From Hypanus sabinus (taxonomy: Eukaryota), in assembly GCF_030144855.1 (NCBI RefSeq), contig NW_026781301.1:1-64000 (forward strand): a DNA stretch of 64,000 nt, in the 5' to 3' direction. The position numbers and the translations under genes are program-made. Every line of letters starts with the position of its first letter. The first letter of the stretch is position 1. Of the stretch, positions 45,200 to 58,530 are shown one piece after another. The notes beneath the pieces were generated by a model, which was given only the letters and a program-made list of their open reading frames with translations, made no database searches and had not been told where the DNA came from.

Positions 45200-48100
45200 T
45201 ACTTTTTGCCAAAATTGTGCTAATTCGTCATTTGAGTATTTATCTGTTTGTTTTTCTAAAGCATGTATTTTTCACTTTTCTCTGCTTTACCAGAGACTCA
45301 CCGCATTTCCGCCCTGCAGACAATCCTGACAACGTCTCCTTCAATTTTTATTTTGCAAAGACCTTGCTCATATTACTGTAATTTCTCTTACTCAAATAAA
45401 ATACTGCTGCGTAAAACTTCAAATATAGCCATTGTATATTTGTGAACTCAACTATATTGTGAACACCGCTGCCTAAAGGTTCGATAACATTAAGCTCCAT
45501 AATCATTTCCAAATCATTTTTAACACGCTGTCCAGTACAGCCGATCCACAAGTCGGCTTATGGACAGACTGTATAAACAAACCAACTCAATCGAGATGCA
45601 TGTAGAACAGCCCATGGTTATCATGACATCGACCATATTTTTTCCGTTGAAATCTGTGGTCTGTATTCCAGCTCTGTCTGGAGGCCTGCATATACCTCCA
45701 ATGACGATCCTTTTACCCTGACAGCTTCTTAACACAACCCACAATGATTCCACAGCTTACGATCCTGCGTCACATCTTTTTACTGAGCTGATGCGATTCT
45801 TTACCTGGAGAGCCAAGCCATCCGATCTAAAGAGCTTCCCATTCCTCCGAAACACCAGGTAGCCCTGGCCTTTCATATCCCAAATGCGACCAACATTCAG
45901 CACGATTCAGTGATGGCCGCAACATCCTACAATCTGACAGTCTGCAAGGTGAGGTAGGCTTGCTGGTGTTAGTTGCGGAATGGATCTATGAGTCTGAGGC
46001 CGGTTGTCTGTGCTCGGTGTCAGATGTGGGAGGCCCTGGAGTATCCCATCCTCCCGGACGGCCATATCTGGACCCGGTATGTCGATCTGCTGCTCGATGA
46101 CCTTCGTATGGTCGGGGAGAGCGAGGAGGCCATAGAAAGGATTTATAGGGAGGTGGTCACACCGGGACAACAATCAGGAGAGGGAAGGGGAAGTATCGCT
46201 AGAGTACCGCTGTTATGGATCCTCTTGACAAAAAGTACTCCTGATTTAATATTGTTATTTTGGTGGGCGGGGGGGGGGGACTGCCTTCCTGGGGGCCGCA
46301 TCGGTAGCCGAAACATCCGGCACTAAGTCCGGCCCTGTGGCTCAGAAGTATAGGGAAAGGAAGGGGAAAGCTTTAATGTTGGGGTCTGTATATTTAGGGG
46401 GACGTACAGGCGATTCTGTTAACTCAGGGAGCAAACTCGGATGACAGTTTGCTTCCCAGGTGTCAGGGTCCAGGATATTTGAGATGTGGTCCATAGTATC
46501 CTGCATTGCGAGGGTGAACAGCCGGGGGTCGTGGTACATATTGATACCAATGACATTGGTAGGAAAAGGGAAGAGGTCCAGAAAAAAAGACTGTAGTTAG
46601 TCGGAGAGTCAGGACTGCAAAGGGAGTAACTTCCGGATAATTGTTGACTGTGCTACGCGACAGCGAGATTAGGAATACAATGTGGTGGAGGATATATGCG
46701 TGACTGAGGATTTGGGTCAGTGGACAGGGATTCAGATTTCGGGACCATTGGGATCACATTTAGGGCAGTTGTGACCTGTACAAAAGGACAGGTTGCAGTT
46801 GTATCCGGAGGGTCCAATATTCTAGCGGGGAGGTTTGCTAGGTCTACTGGGGAGAGCTTAAACTAGAGTTGTTTGGTGTGAAAACCGAAATTAAGAGAAT
46901 GAAGAAGAGGAGGTTGGCACACAAATAGAGAAAGCTTATCCACAATGGGAGAGGAAGGGTAGACAGGCGAAAGAGATGGGACGTGCTCAGGCCGACGTTT
47001 TGAGATTTGTCTATTTTAAGGAGTATGTTGACGAAAACGTATGAGCTTAGACCGTGGATCAGCACATTGAGCTGTGATGTGGTCGCCTTTACATGGACTA
47101 CAGGGCATCAAAGGTTATTGTGAGAAGGCGGGTGAATGGGACTAAAGGAGAGATTGGATCAGCTCAGGATGCAATGGCTGAGCAGAATCAATGGGCAGAA
47201 TGGCGGACTTCTGTTCCTTTGTCTTATGGTCTTATGATGTCGTGGCCGTAGGGACAGTAAGGGAGGAAAAAGTGGAAGGCGCGTGTCACTGTTGATCACA
47301 GAGAGCGTCACGGCTGCGGAAAATGTGGACGTCATTGTGGAATTGTATCGGAGTCTTTGTGGGTGGAGGTTAGGTACAGGATGTGAACGAATAGGACCTA
47401 TCACTTCAAACAGTGGGAAAGTGTGTATGGAACCGGAGGAAATAGCCAGAAGTACGCAATAAATTATTTATTTCTGTATTCACAATGGAAAAGGATCTTG
47501 GTGACTATAGTGATGACTTGCAGTAAACTGAAATGATTGAGCATCTATATATTTATAATAGGATATGCTGGAGCTTTTGGAAAACATCAAGTAGCATAAG
47601 ACACCGGGACGGAATGAGATGTACCCCAGATAGCAGCGGGAGGCGAGGGAGCAGATTGCTAAGCCTCTGACGATGATCTTTGCATCATCAATTTGGAATG
47701 GAGAAGTTGCAATGTTGTGAAGGGCAGTCCGGGGTGACTTGGGTCATTGATAGGATGGAAACAGGGCAGAAAAGTCGCTGATGGAGTTTAACCCAGATAA
47801 GTGTGAAGTAGTTCATTTTTAGTTCATTTTTTTTTTCATTTTTAGTAGTTCATTTTTATAATGGCAGAATATAGTATTATTGGCAAGACTCTTGGCAGTG
47901 TTGAGTTTCAGAGTCATCCTGGGGTCCAAGTCCATAGGAAGCTCAAATCAGCTGCGCTCGTTGACTCTGTGGTTAAGAAGGCATACGGTGCATTGGCCTT
48001 TTATCAATCGCGGGATTTTGTTTAAGAGGCGAGAGGTATCGTTGCATCTAAAGAGGATCCAGGTCAGACACCACTCAGTGTATTGTGCTCACATCTGGTC

Positions 48101-48470
48101 GCCTCACAACAAGAAGGATGTGGAAAACATATAAAGGGTGTAGAGCAGATTTACAAATATGTTGCCTGGATTGTAGGGAGCGTGGTCATGCCTTACTAGA
48201 ATAGGTATTTTCTCCTTGGAGAGACGGACGATGAGTGGTGACCATACAGGTCTGATTAAACTGCTGGGAAGCATTGAACAGATGAATAGTCAGAGGCTTT
48301 ATCACAGGGTTTAAATATTTATTTAATATGATTTAGATTTAGTATTTTCCATAATTGTTAACTAATTCTTTCTGCTTGTAATTTGAGCATATCTTTCCAT
48401 TTTCCTCATAGGCACATGTCCAGATCGGCTTCTTTTAAAGGCAACATTTACTTGTGCCTCGATCACCACA
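45200..48470. mobile_element. Mosaic of decayed CR1 fragments (ORF1, EN, RT)
   Basis: CR1 motifs at 45973-46800 and 47400-48300. Confidence 0.75.
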
Positions 48471-48764
48471 CCAGGTTGTACAACCCTTGTACACACGACT
48501 CGCTGTGGAAACGTCTTGCCGTTTAGAGTGCATTTGAAACCACCGCATGAAAACTGCCCGGCACTTTGTGTATCTTTGTCAATAAATGTTTATCTTGTCT
48601 TCTGCAAGATTACTAATCAGCCTATTTGGAAACATTCGAGTCGGCTATATATATATCACAAACCCAAGGAAATTCTCACTGTCCGACATTGACGATGGAC
48701 TGTTATGATTCGCTGTGATTAAAATGCGAATTGTGAATTACAACATCAATCTCGGCATCAGACT

Positions 48765-48780
48765 CTGCCACCTACTGGCG
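48765..48780 (-). promoter_or_regulatory. CTCF-like motif (CGCCAGTAGGTGGCAG)
   Basis: Strong core match. The paralogous position near 28120 is degenerate. Confidence 0.55.
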
Positions 48781-50329
48781 GGATTCAATCTACGTTTCTT
48801 TTTATTTTTGCAGAAGAGGTTTGCATAATTGAGAGGAAGGAAAGTCTTGAAAGTGAAGAAACCTATTTACAAAAAAAAGATCGGAGTTTGGACTGTGTCT
48901 CCAAGTAGCCCGTGAGGGTGAGTTTGTTTCCATTCGGATATGAAAGTATGATTCTCACAGAGTTACTCCGCAGTAGTGGGTACTCTGTTGAGGGGAAAAC
49001 CTTGAATACGCGTTTGTTTTACCCTTTGTCTGGGTGTGGTTCTTCACTGATGAAAGCACCCCTGTGGCAAATCATTGTTGGAGTTATTTCGTATGTCGTG
49101 GAACTGGGTAATATTCTGTCACGCTATGTGTGATTGGGGTACCCTTTTGGAATCTACCGGTGTGTCGACCCTTGCCGGGGTGGTGGTTTGGTTAACGATG
49201 CCCCCCGCCCCTTTTATTAAGCTTCTGTTAGTGATGTTTCGTGTGAGGATTCCGAGGACAACGGGAAGACCGACAACTCCTGTTTGTTAGGATTACAAAT
49301 AACTCTTTCTCACTTTAGATTCTGTACATTTGAACTGTACAGAAATTTCTTACATTCCATCTTAAGACGGTAACGCTTGCCATCCGAGCTTGAATAACTT
49401 TGGGAACTCTATTTTTATATACAGTCATAGATGCAAAATACTGATAACACTTGCGTTACCGTGTTTACGTTGTTAGACAAAAAAATAGTGATTGTTAACA
49501 ACAAAACCAGACTCCAGGTGTGTTCTATTGCTGCTGAAACTTTTACACGGTTTCGTGCACGTAAGAGCTACTTTCACCAGGGTTGCGTGTAAGTAACGAG
49601 ACCAAGCTGAGCATTCTTTGAATACCTCAAAATAAACCATACTTTGCTCTCTTAATTTTCTCTATATTCCTAAAGATATTTTCTATTCTCGTATTTCTCT
49701 ATCGTTCGAGAACGAACTGTCGCATTTCTATCACATATTTCTCATTTCTCCGGCCAGATTTCTAAATGGACTTTTACCAAGCTCCCTCAATATCGGCAAA
49801 TCCATCCCATTCCTGTCGTCTGCAAGTGTGTTTATGAGCCCCGCCTATTTTCATCCAGGTTAAACGCCAGAAGATTTCCAACAATTGTCACATGCGGAAT
49901 GGGTTCCCTCCACAACTGTTCTCTGTACTCTTTATTAAAGCCATGCTATCCAATGCTAATCGGTCTTGTGTCTCAGCCTACCGGAGAAGGTCTTACTCAA
50001 AAGTCTCACTTCCAGTCTAATCACAACCGTCGAAGCCTAGCTTGCGCAATGTTTCACGGCTCGAGAGATCCTGCTAATGGGACAATTAACCTATCAAAAA
50101 TATGTGCTGGACCTATGGGAATGATCAGCAGTACGCCGAGGTAATCACGGTTTATAGGCACAGGCGGGAAATGAGTAGAACGGCGTATAATCAACCGGAG
50201 AAGGAGAAAGTCCAAGCTACGAGGGAATCAATAAATATATAGAAATCATCTACCTTTCCTTCTGCAATCAACTAACACACATACCGAATGTACAATTCGA
50301 CAGATAGGATCACCACTAAAGGTCAAATT

Positions 50330-51560
50330 AAGTCAAGTCAAGTCAGTTTTGAGAGTCATTTCGACCTTTACTGCTGGTACGTACACAGTGAAAATGAGAC
50401 GTTTTTCAGGACAATGGGTCTACATGAAACAATACCAAAACTACAGTGATCTATGTTAAACAACAGAAAAACTACACGAGACTGCAAATCCTCCCAGGAC
50501 TGCATAAAGTACACAAACAGTGCAGCCATTACAATAAATAATAAACAAGACAATAGGTACAGTAGGGAGCAGTAAGCTGGTGTCAGTCCTGACTTTGGGT
50601 ATTGAAGAACCTGATGGCTTTGGAGTAGAAACTGTTACACACTCTGGTCGTGAGAACCCAAATGCTTCGGTGCCTTTTGCCAGATGACAGGAGGGAGAAG
50701 AGTTTGTATGAGGGTTGCGTGGGGTCCATCAAAATGTTGTTTCCTTTGCGGATGCAGCGTGTGGTGTAAATGTCTGTAATGGCGGGAAGTGAGACCCCGA
50801 TGATATTCTCAGCTGACTTCATTGTGTGCTGCAGAGTCTTACGATCTGAGATGGTGCAATTTCCGAACCAGACAGTGATACAGCTGCTCAGAATGTCCTC
50901 AGTACAATCCCCGCAAAATGTGATGCGGATGGGGGTGGAAGATGGACTTTCCTCAGCCTTCGCAGAAAGTAGAGACGATGCTGGGCTTTCATTGCTATCA
51001 AGCTGGTGGTGAGGGACCAGTTAAGATTATCCGCCAATTGAACACCAGGAAATTTGGTGTACTTAACGATCTCTGCCGAGGAGCCGTCCATGTTCAACAG
51101 AGAGTGGTTGGTCCATGCCCTCCTGATGATAACAACCATGTTAATTGTTTTGCTCAGGTTGTTGGGTCTGCATCCGACAGTTTGCCGCTGCACCTCCTTC
51201 TCTGTATGCTGAATCGTCTTTTTTGCTGATGAGACCCACCACCGTCGTGTCATCGACGAACTTGATGATGTGGTTCGAGCTGTGGGTTGCAGCACCGCCG
51301 TGGGTCAGCAGAGTGAACAGCAGTGGGCTGAGAACACAGCCTTGTGGGGGCTTCTTTCTTAGTGTAATAGTGTTGGAGATGCTGCGTCCGATTCCGACTG
51401 ACTGAGGTCTCCCAGTCAGGAAGTCTATAAGACTATAATACAGTTTCAGAAGGAGGTATTTAGGCCCAGTGGATTCAGATTTCAAATCAATTTCTGAGGG
51501 ATGATTGCGTTGAATGCTGAAGTGAAGTCTGTGAACAGCACGTGTCTTTTCTGTCTAGGT
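50330..51560 (-). mobile_element. 5'-truncated Rex1/L2-like LINE with RT remnant
   Basis: [17 protein letters not shown]...[14 protein letters not shown], with a (GACTT)n 3' tail at 50330-50345. Confidence 0.88.
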
Positions 51561-52047
51561 AGTTCGGGCCATGTGGAGCGAGTCCTAGAATTTCTATAAC
51601 TTCCAAAACGCTTTACGATGGGGATTGATACAAGGGTCGAACGATTGAATGAGCCGATTACGAACTTATTCTCTAGGTGTCAGACAGATCTCGAAAGAAA
51701 TCCGCTGCAAGCGGGACTGTAGTCTGTTCACAGTAACCAGCCTTCCTGAACGGCTCAAAGTCAGGCGCTCTTGGAACCAATAGCCCTCCGCAGAGGAAAG
51801 AGACAGAACTACATAGGGCGTACCTGAGCAGGCAAACGGAACACACGGAAGACCGGCAGTACAGAAGGGTCGTATTGCGATGGGGATAGCAAGGCTTCGC
51901 ATGCAAATAAGGGAAGAATCACCCACTTGGTTGACCAGAGGGTCAATACAGGGAACCCGTGAACAAAGTAGATTGGAAGGACCAGAGAGGAGGCAGTCTG
52001 GGGCATTCCATTATCCTGATTGTGCATGGAGGGGCGGAGGGCGGGAG

Positions 52048-52119
52048 CTATTCATGGACGTCCGCAGCCCCAATGGAATTGCAAATGCTACTGAAGAAAT
52101 GGGATATATTGGGGCGTTT
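52048..52119 (-). pseudogene. GPCR copy 4: only the C-terminal tail remains
   Basis: KRPNISHFFSSICNSIGAADVHE* versus RAKISHFVSGMWSSMGSVDVPE* in copy 2. Homology ends at about 52120. Confidence 0.75.
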
Positions 52120-52559
52120 ATTTTTGTACTTAAATGCTTATTTACTTAGAAGTCTGTATTGGAAAAAAAAACTAAGATTCTTTTATTTCATTGGTTGTTG
52201 GTAGTATTAGGAAACAATGAACGTTAGGAGGAATTTCCCGCAACAACAGGGTTATTAGCGAAGCCGAAAAAAGAGTGATGTATCTGAGATTGCTAGCAGG
52301 CTGGAATTTAAGGGTTTATCGATCGCTAACACAAAGCCTATTATTCAGAGGAAAATTCCGGAGCACTATATAGATTAGGGTGTTGCTGATGCAGCCGTGT
52401 TCGATAGCTTTCCTGTAAGTACAGCAGCGGTCCTTTTACACCTGGAACAGGTAGAGTTAGAAAAGCTTAAAATTGATGCTGAGTTAAAACAGAAACAATT
52501 TGAAATTAACATGGAACTGAATCTGTTAGATGCTGAAAATAAAAAAGATGAAAATTACA

Positions 52560-55500
52560 CTTACTCTTTTTTTTTAAGAGGACGCCTCTCTATTCTTAGG
52601 ATACGCTCTCTTCCCTCAGTCTCATCAACCTTGCGAATCATCCTTTCCGCATGAACTCCGCCTTGGCTTCTCAGCATTCGGAAGTTTGAAATGAGATCCC
52701 ACCTCCTCTATCTGAATCTCCAGCGAGCACAGACACAGAGCACTCAAACAGTACTAATATAAACCGTCCATACCTGTAATGATGCTCGTGAACCTCCCCT
52801 TTGACCTCTCCGATGCCAGCAGGTTTTTTTTTTCTTTTTTTGTTATTTGTGGATCCGGAAACTGTTCACAACCCTTACGCTGAGGCTTCAGCACCTCCTT
52901 ATAAAACTTTAGCATCGCATTACTGTTCCTGCATTCATGACCTCTTGAAATGAAAGTTTCCTTCTTTAGCTCCGACACTACCTGCATGTTAACCCTTTAG
53001 GTGTTCTGCTCAAGGACTCCGAATTCCCTTTGCAACACACATTGGGGAAATTTCTCCACAATTAGCAAATAGTCTGCGCATTCATTTACACTACCGAAGC
53101 GCATAATCATGCATTTACCAACAGTGTACTTTCACTTGCCACTTTCTTGCCAATTCCCCTAGTCTGCCTGAAGTCCTCTGCAAACAACGTCTTTACTCAA
53201 CAGTAGCTGCCTGGACACCAATTTTTCGAACATCTCCAAACTTTGAAACAAAACCATTTATTCCCTCATCTATGTCATTGAGACAGAGCAATAACGGTCC
53301 AGACACTGACACGTTTGGAACACGGCTAGTCACTGGGAGACAACCCGAAACGGACCCTTTTATTCCCACTTGCTTGCCCCTACTGTTCAAACATGGTTCA
53401 CGGCATTTGTTGTAATACCCGGGGCTCTTAATTTGGTAAGGAGACTTATGTGTGACACCTTGTCAAAGGTCTTTTGAAAGTCCAAATACATAAGATCCAC
53501 GACACCCCCTATATCGATCCAACCTGTATTCTTCTAAAGGAAATCCGGCAGGTTCGTCAGGCAAGGATTTAACAGATTTCTGAGAAAGGTCAGTCCCTTG
53601 GGGCTGATGATATCGGCGCAGGGTACCGAGAGAGACAGCAGAGGAACGTTATTGCTTTATCCTCTCTCGTCCTGTGTTACCGCATCCTTAACAATTGAAC
53701 CCCAACATCTTCCCGATCACAGAGGTCAGGTTATCAGGTACATAACTCCCTTCCTACTATCTTTCTTCTTTCATAAAGAGTAACGTGGCATTTGCAATTT
53801 CTCTTCCTCTGCCACTATGAGAGAGACCAATGATTTTAGAAAGGTCATTGATAATGCGTCCACTCTCGCTTCCGCTCACTCTTTAAGAACCCTGAATGTC
53901 GAGTTAGAACCATTGAAAGATGGAACATTATAGCGCAGAACAGGCCTTTTGGCCTTTCCTGGCTGTCGCTGAACCATTTTTCTGCCTAGTCTCGCTGACC
54001 AGCTGCTGGACCATATCCCTCAATACAGCTCTCATCCATGTAGCTGTCCAATTTATTTTTCAATGTTAAAAGTGAGTCCGCATTTACTACTTCATCTGGC
54101 ATATCATTCCACACTCTCACCACTCTCTGTGTGAAGAAGAAACTCCCCGCCCAATGTTCCCTTTAAACTTTTCACCCTTCACCTTTAACCTATGTCCTAC
54201 GATTTCTTTCTCCCCTGGCCTCAGTGAAAAAAAAAACTCAGTGGGGTTCATATGGTCCGGGTCCTATGTACCGTAAGGTCGATAAGCTTTATGAGCACCT
54301 TCTCTCCTGTGAGGATAACTGCACCCGCTTCTGTTCGTTCACGCACTACAGCTTCAGACACCTGCTAATATCTTTCTCAGTTAAGATTGAAGCAAAATGC
54401 TCATTGATTTCATCTGCCATCTCGTTTACCCCCGTTGTATTTTCTCCTGCCTCATTGTCCAGCGAACCTACATACGCTCTCATTTCTCATTGATATTTCT
54501 ATATTGAAAACTATGTCACCACCTTCCTCCATATTCTTTATTAGCTTGCTTTCATATTTCATCTGATCCATTCGAATGATTCTGTTAGGTGTACTCTGTA
54601 GGTTTTCAAAAGCTTCGTTATACGCTGTCTTCCCAGCAATTTTTGGTCTGTTATATTCCTTCCCTTTTGTTTTTACCTTTTGCCAACATTGCCCTAATTT
54701 GTCAATTGAGTGTTCATTTCTGAAATGATCAGGGAATATTTATCTGGAGTTCTGCCTTGGTGCGTTCCAAAGAGACATGGAATTTGTGGTAGAGTACGGG
54801 AACCACGATGCACAAAGACTGTAATAAATCTAGTCAAGAGGGATATAAAAGTTTACAAAAGTTCAGAGCGCTCGGTAACGTTAGAGATCTAGAAGTTATG
54901 AAGACTGATAGGATGGAGCTTCAAAAGTAAATTAGGAGAACCAGAAGGAGCTGGGAGAAGGCAATGCCGGGATAGATTGGGAAAACCACACGGCATTCTA
55001 CAAGTATGTGCCGAGCAGTAGGGAAAGCAGTGAAAGAACAGGACCTATCAAGTGTGACAGTGTCAAATTGTGTCTGGAACTGGAGGAAGTAGCAGAGCTA
55101 CATAATGAATATTTCTCTTCAATATTCACTATGGAATAGGAACCTTGTGACAGCAGACATGACCTGAAGCAAAGTGCAAGGTCTGAGCATGTCGACATTA
55201 AGAAAGAGGAGTTTTGGAAAGCATCAAGTTGGATAAATCTACGGGACAGGATAAAATGTATTCCAGGCTTCTGTAAGAGGGAAGGGAGGAGATTGCTGAG
55301 TCTCTGGCGATGATAGTTGCATCATAATGGGGACGGGAGAGGTTCTGGAGGATGGCAGAGTTGTGGATGCTTTTCCTTCATTAAAGAAAGTGAGTGGCTT
55401 TAGCCAAGGAAACTATAGAACAGTGAGTCTTACCTTAATGGTTGGTAAGTTGATGGAGAAGATCCTGAGACGCAGAATTTATGAACATTTAGAGAGGTAT

Positions 55501-56720
55501 AATATGATTAGGCATAGTCAGCATGGCTTTGTCAAGGGCAGGTTTTCCCTTACGAGTCAGATTTATTTATTTAAGAAGTGACTAAATACATTGATGAAGG
55601 GAGAACAGTAGTGTATATGTATTTCATCAAGGCATTTGATAAGGTACCCCATGAAAGGCTTATTGAGAAAGTAAGGAAACATGTGATCCAAGGGAACATT
55701 AATTTTTGAATCCATATCTGCCTTGTCTAAAAACGGCAAAGGGTGGTTGTATACGTGTCATATTCTGCATGGAGGTCGGTAACCTGCGGAGTACGTGTCC
55801 ATAATGCGGGACACTTACTCTTCGTGATTTTTATAAAACACCTGGATGAGAAAGTAGAGGGATGGGTTAGTAAGTTTGCAAATGGCGCAAATGCTGGTGG
55901 TGTTGTTGATAGTGTGGAGGGCTGTCGGAACTTACAGCGGGACATTGATAGTATGTAAAATTGGTCTGAGAAGAGTCAGCTGGAATTCCACCAATATATG
56001 TGTGAAGTGGTTCATTTTTGTAGGTCATATATGATAGAAGAATACAGCACTAATTTTAAGACTTAGCTGTGTGGAAGATCAGAGGGAGCATTGTATTCAA
56101 GCCCATAGGACGCGCAAATGAGCTGAGCAGGTTATCTCTGACGTTAGGAATGCATACGGTGTGATTGTCTTCGTCAATCATAGAATTGAATTTAAGAGCC
56201 TAGAGGTAATGGTGCAGCTATATAGGACCCTGTTCAGACCCCACTTGGAGTACCACCCTAATTTCTGGTCACTTCACTACAGGAAGGATGTAGAAGCCGC
56301 AGAATGACATTTATAAGATTGTTGCCAGGATTGGGGAGCATGCCTTCTGAGAAAAGTTTGAGTGAACTCGATATTTTCTCCTTGGAGCGACGGACGTTGA
56401 GAGGTGACCTGTTAGAAGTGCATAAGATGATGAGAGTCATTGTCCGTGTTGATAGTCAGAGGCAATATCCCAGGGTTAAAATGGTTGCCACAAGAGGACA
56501 CGGGTTTCAGGTGCTGGGGAATAGATATAGAGGAGATATCAGGGTTATTGTTCTATACTCAGAGAGTGCTGAATGCGTGAAATGCGCTGCCGGCAACGGT
56601 GGTGGAGGGAGGTACGATAGGATATTTTAAGAGACTTTTGGATAGGTACATGGAGCTTTACAAAATAGAGGGCTATGGGTAAGCCAAGTAATTTCTAAGG
56701 TAGGAACATATGCGCCGAGG
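52560..56720. mobile_element. CR1 ORF2/3' fragments (minus about 52560-54720, plus about 54720-56720)
   Basis: GNYRTVSLT..VGKLMEKI..RRIY and SQHGFVKGR motifs, plus 3' ORF2 motifs at 56304-56630. Confidence 0.85.
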
Positions 56721-57389
56721 TGCCTATATTGTGCTGTAGGCTTTCTGTGCTTCTGTGTTTACATTTTTTGTTTTTGCAGAGCGTATCAAACGGATTGTAC
56801 GAACGGTCACAATCATAGACTTACCTGTCGACGAGATATTCCGTATATCTCAATCGCTTTGCAGAAACAGAGACCGAATGGCCGTTTAACTTTTACAAAG
56901 TTATGATCTCCCTGACCTCATTTTCAACCCATATACACTTTGACCAACCTCCTTCAGCATCCACAACTCCATCACGTTTTGTGTCACCTACAAGTATATT
57001 TATGAGCCATCCCCATTTTCATCTAAGTTAAACGCCAGAACATCTCCAGCACTTGTCACATGCAGACTGGCTGCCCTCCACCACGTACGGCTGTCCTCCA
57101 TGTGAAAGATAAATTTGAATCCATGTTATCCAATGCAGCTCGGTCTTATGGATCAGTCACTGGGAACAGGCCCGTCGCTAAAGTCTTACTTCCAGTCAGT
57201 TCCTAACGCCGGGTCTTGGCTGGCACAATGCCTCACGGTTCCAGCGACCCTTCGGTATGCAGTGAACAATTAAACTATTAAGATTTAGTGTTTGAGGTGT
57301 GGGAGGAGGCAACAGCATTCCGAGGAAACCCAGGCGGTCTCGCTGTACAGGATGCGGCAGGAAATGAGGACAACAGTCGGTAATCAGAC

Positions 57390-58530
57390 GGATAAAGAAA
57401 AAATGCCTGACTACGAGGGACCCAGTAGAGTTGCGCGTCGGCGTTTCGGAGAGGATGCGTATCAAGCAGTATCTCAGGAGGAATAATACATTGCCAGATG
57501 CAGGAAAAAGGTCCGATGTATCCAGACCAATTGGAAGTGTTTATTCCAGAGCAGTACTCACATTTCGTCCCGATTCTTAGTACATAAGTAGTCATCCGGT
57601 GCCTTTACCTCAGCAATTACCTTCTCTCAGAGTATTCCCCCTCTTCGATGGACTGCCTACCCAGGCTGACGAGTTCCAACTACCCGAAACACCCAATGCA
57701 CTCAGTACAATTCGACAGTCTAGGCCTTCACTGCACAAAGTGTTTAATTACTTACTTTATTTCCCAGAAGGCATTGTGATGGCAGTTGCTGCTTCAGAAG
57801 GACGAACGACGATTGAACGAGTGGTTTTGCAAGTGCGCTTTACTGAATTATTCTCGAAGAGGGTTATTTGTAGGTTGTCAGAGAAGCAATACAAAAACAG
57901 ATTGGAAGTATATCTCATAATCCCGGCACTCGGCACTCCACGGATGCGTGTCTTGTGTCTACGGAGAAAGAAAAATGCCAGACTACGAGGGACCCAGTAG
58001 AGTTGCGCGTCAGCGTTTCGGAGAGGATGCCTATCAGGGAGTATCTCAGGAGGAATATTCCAGTGCCAGATGCTATTCCTGAAGGTTCAGCAGGAAAAAG
58101 TTTGGATGTATCCAGACCAATTGGAAGTGTTTATTCCAGAGCAGTACTCACATTTCTCAGTAAATAAGTAGTCATCCGGTGTCTTTACCTCAGCAATCAC
58201 CTTCTCTCAGAGTATTCCCCCTCTTCGATGGACTGCCTAACCAGGCTGACGAGTTCCAACTACCCGAAACACCCAATGCACTCAGTACAATTCGACAGTC
58301 TAGGCCTTCACTGCACAAAGTGTTTAATTATTTATTTTATTTTCTAGAAGGCATTGTGATGGCAGTTGCTGCTTCAGAAGGACGAACGACGATTGAACGA
58401 GTGGTTTCACAAGTGCGAGTTACTGAATTATTCTCGAAGAGGGTTATTTGCAGATTGTCAGAGAAGCAATACAAAAACAGATTGGAAGTATATCTCATAA
58501 TCCCGGCACTCGGCTCTCTCCGGATGCGTG
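57390..58530. repeat. Direct tandem duplication, two units of about 575 bp, each spanning the GPCR excision junction
   Basis: GACTACGAGGGACCCAGTAGAG occurs at 57409 and 57981, and the paired ORFs 57599-58000 and 58179-58622 are near-identical. Confidence 0.92.

Larger units (their letters stand above)
48470..52120. repeat. Duplicated GPCR cassette 3' flank (copy 4)
   Basis: Colinear with 27830-30880 apart from a LINE insertion at 50330-51560. Confidence 0.85.
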
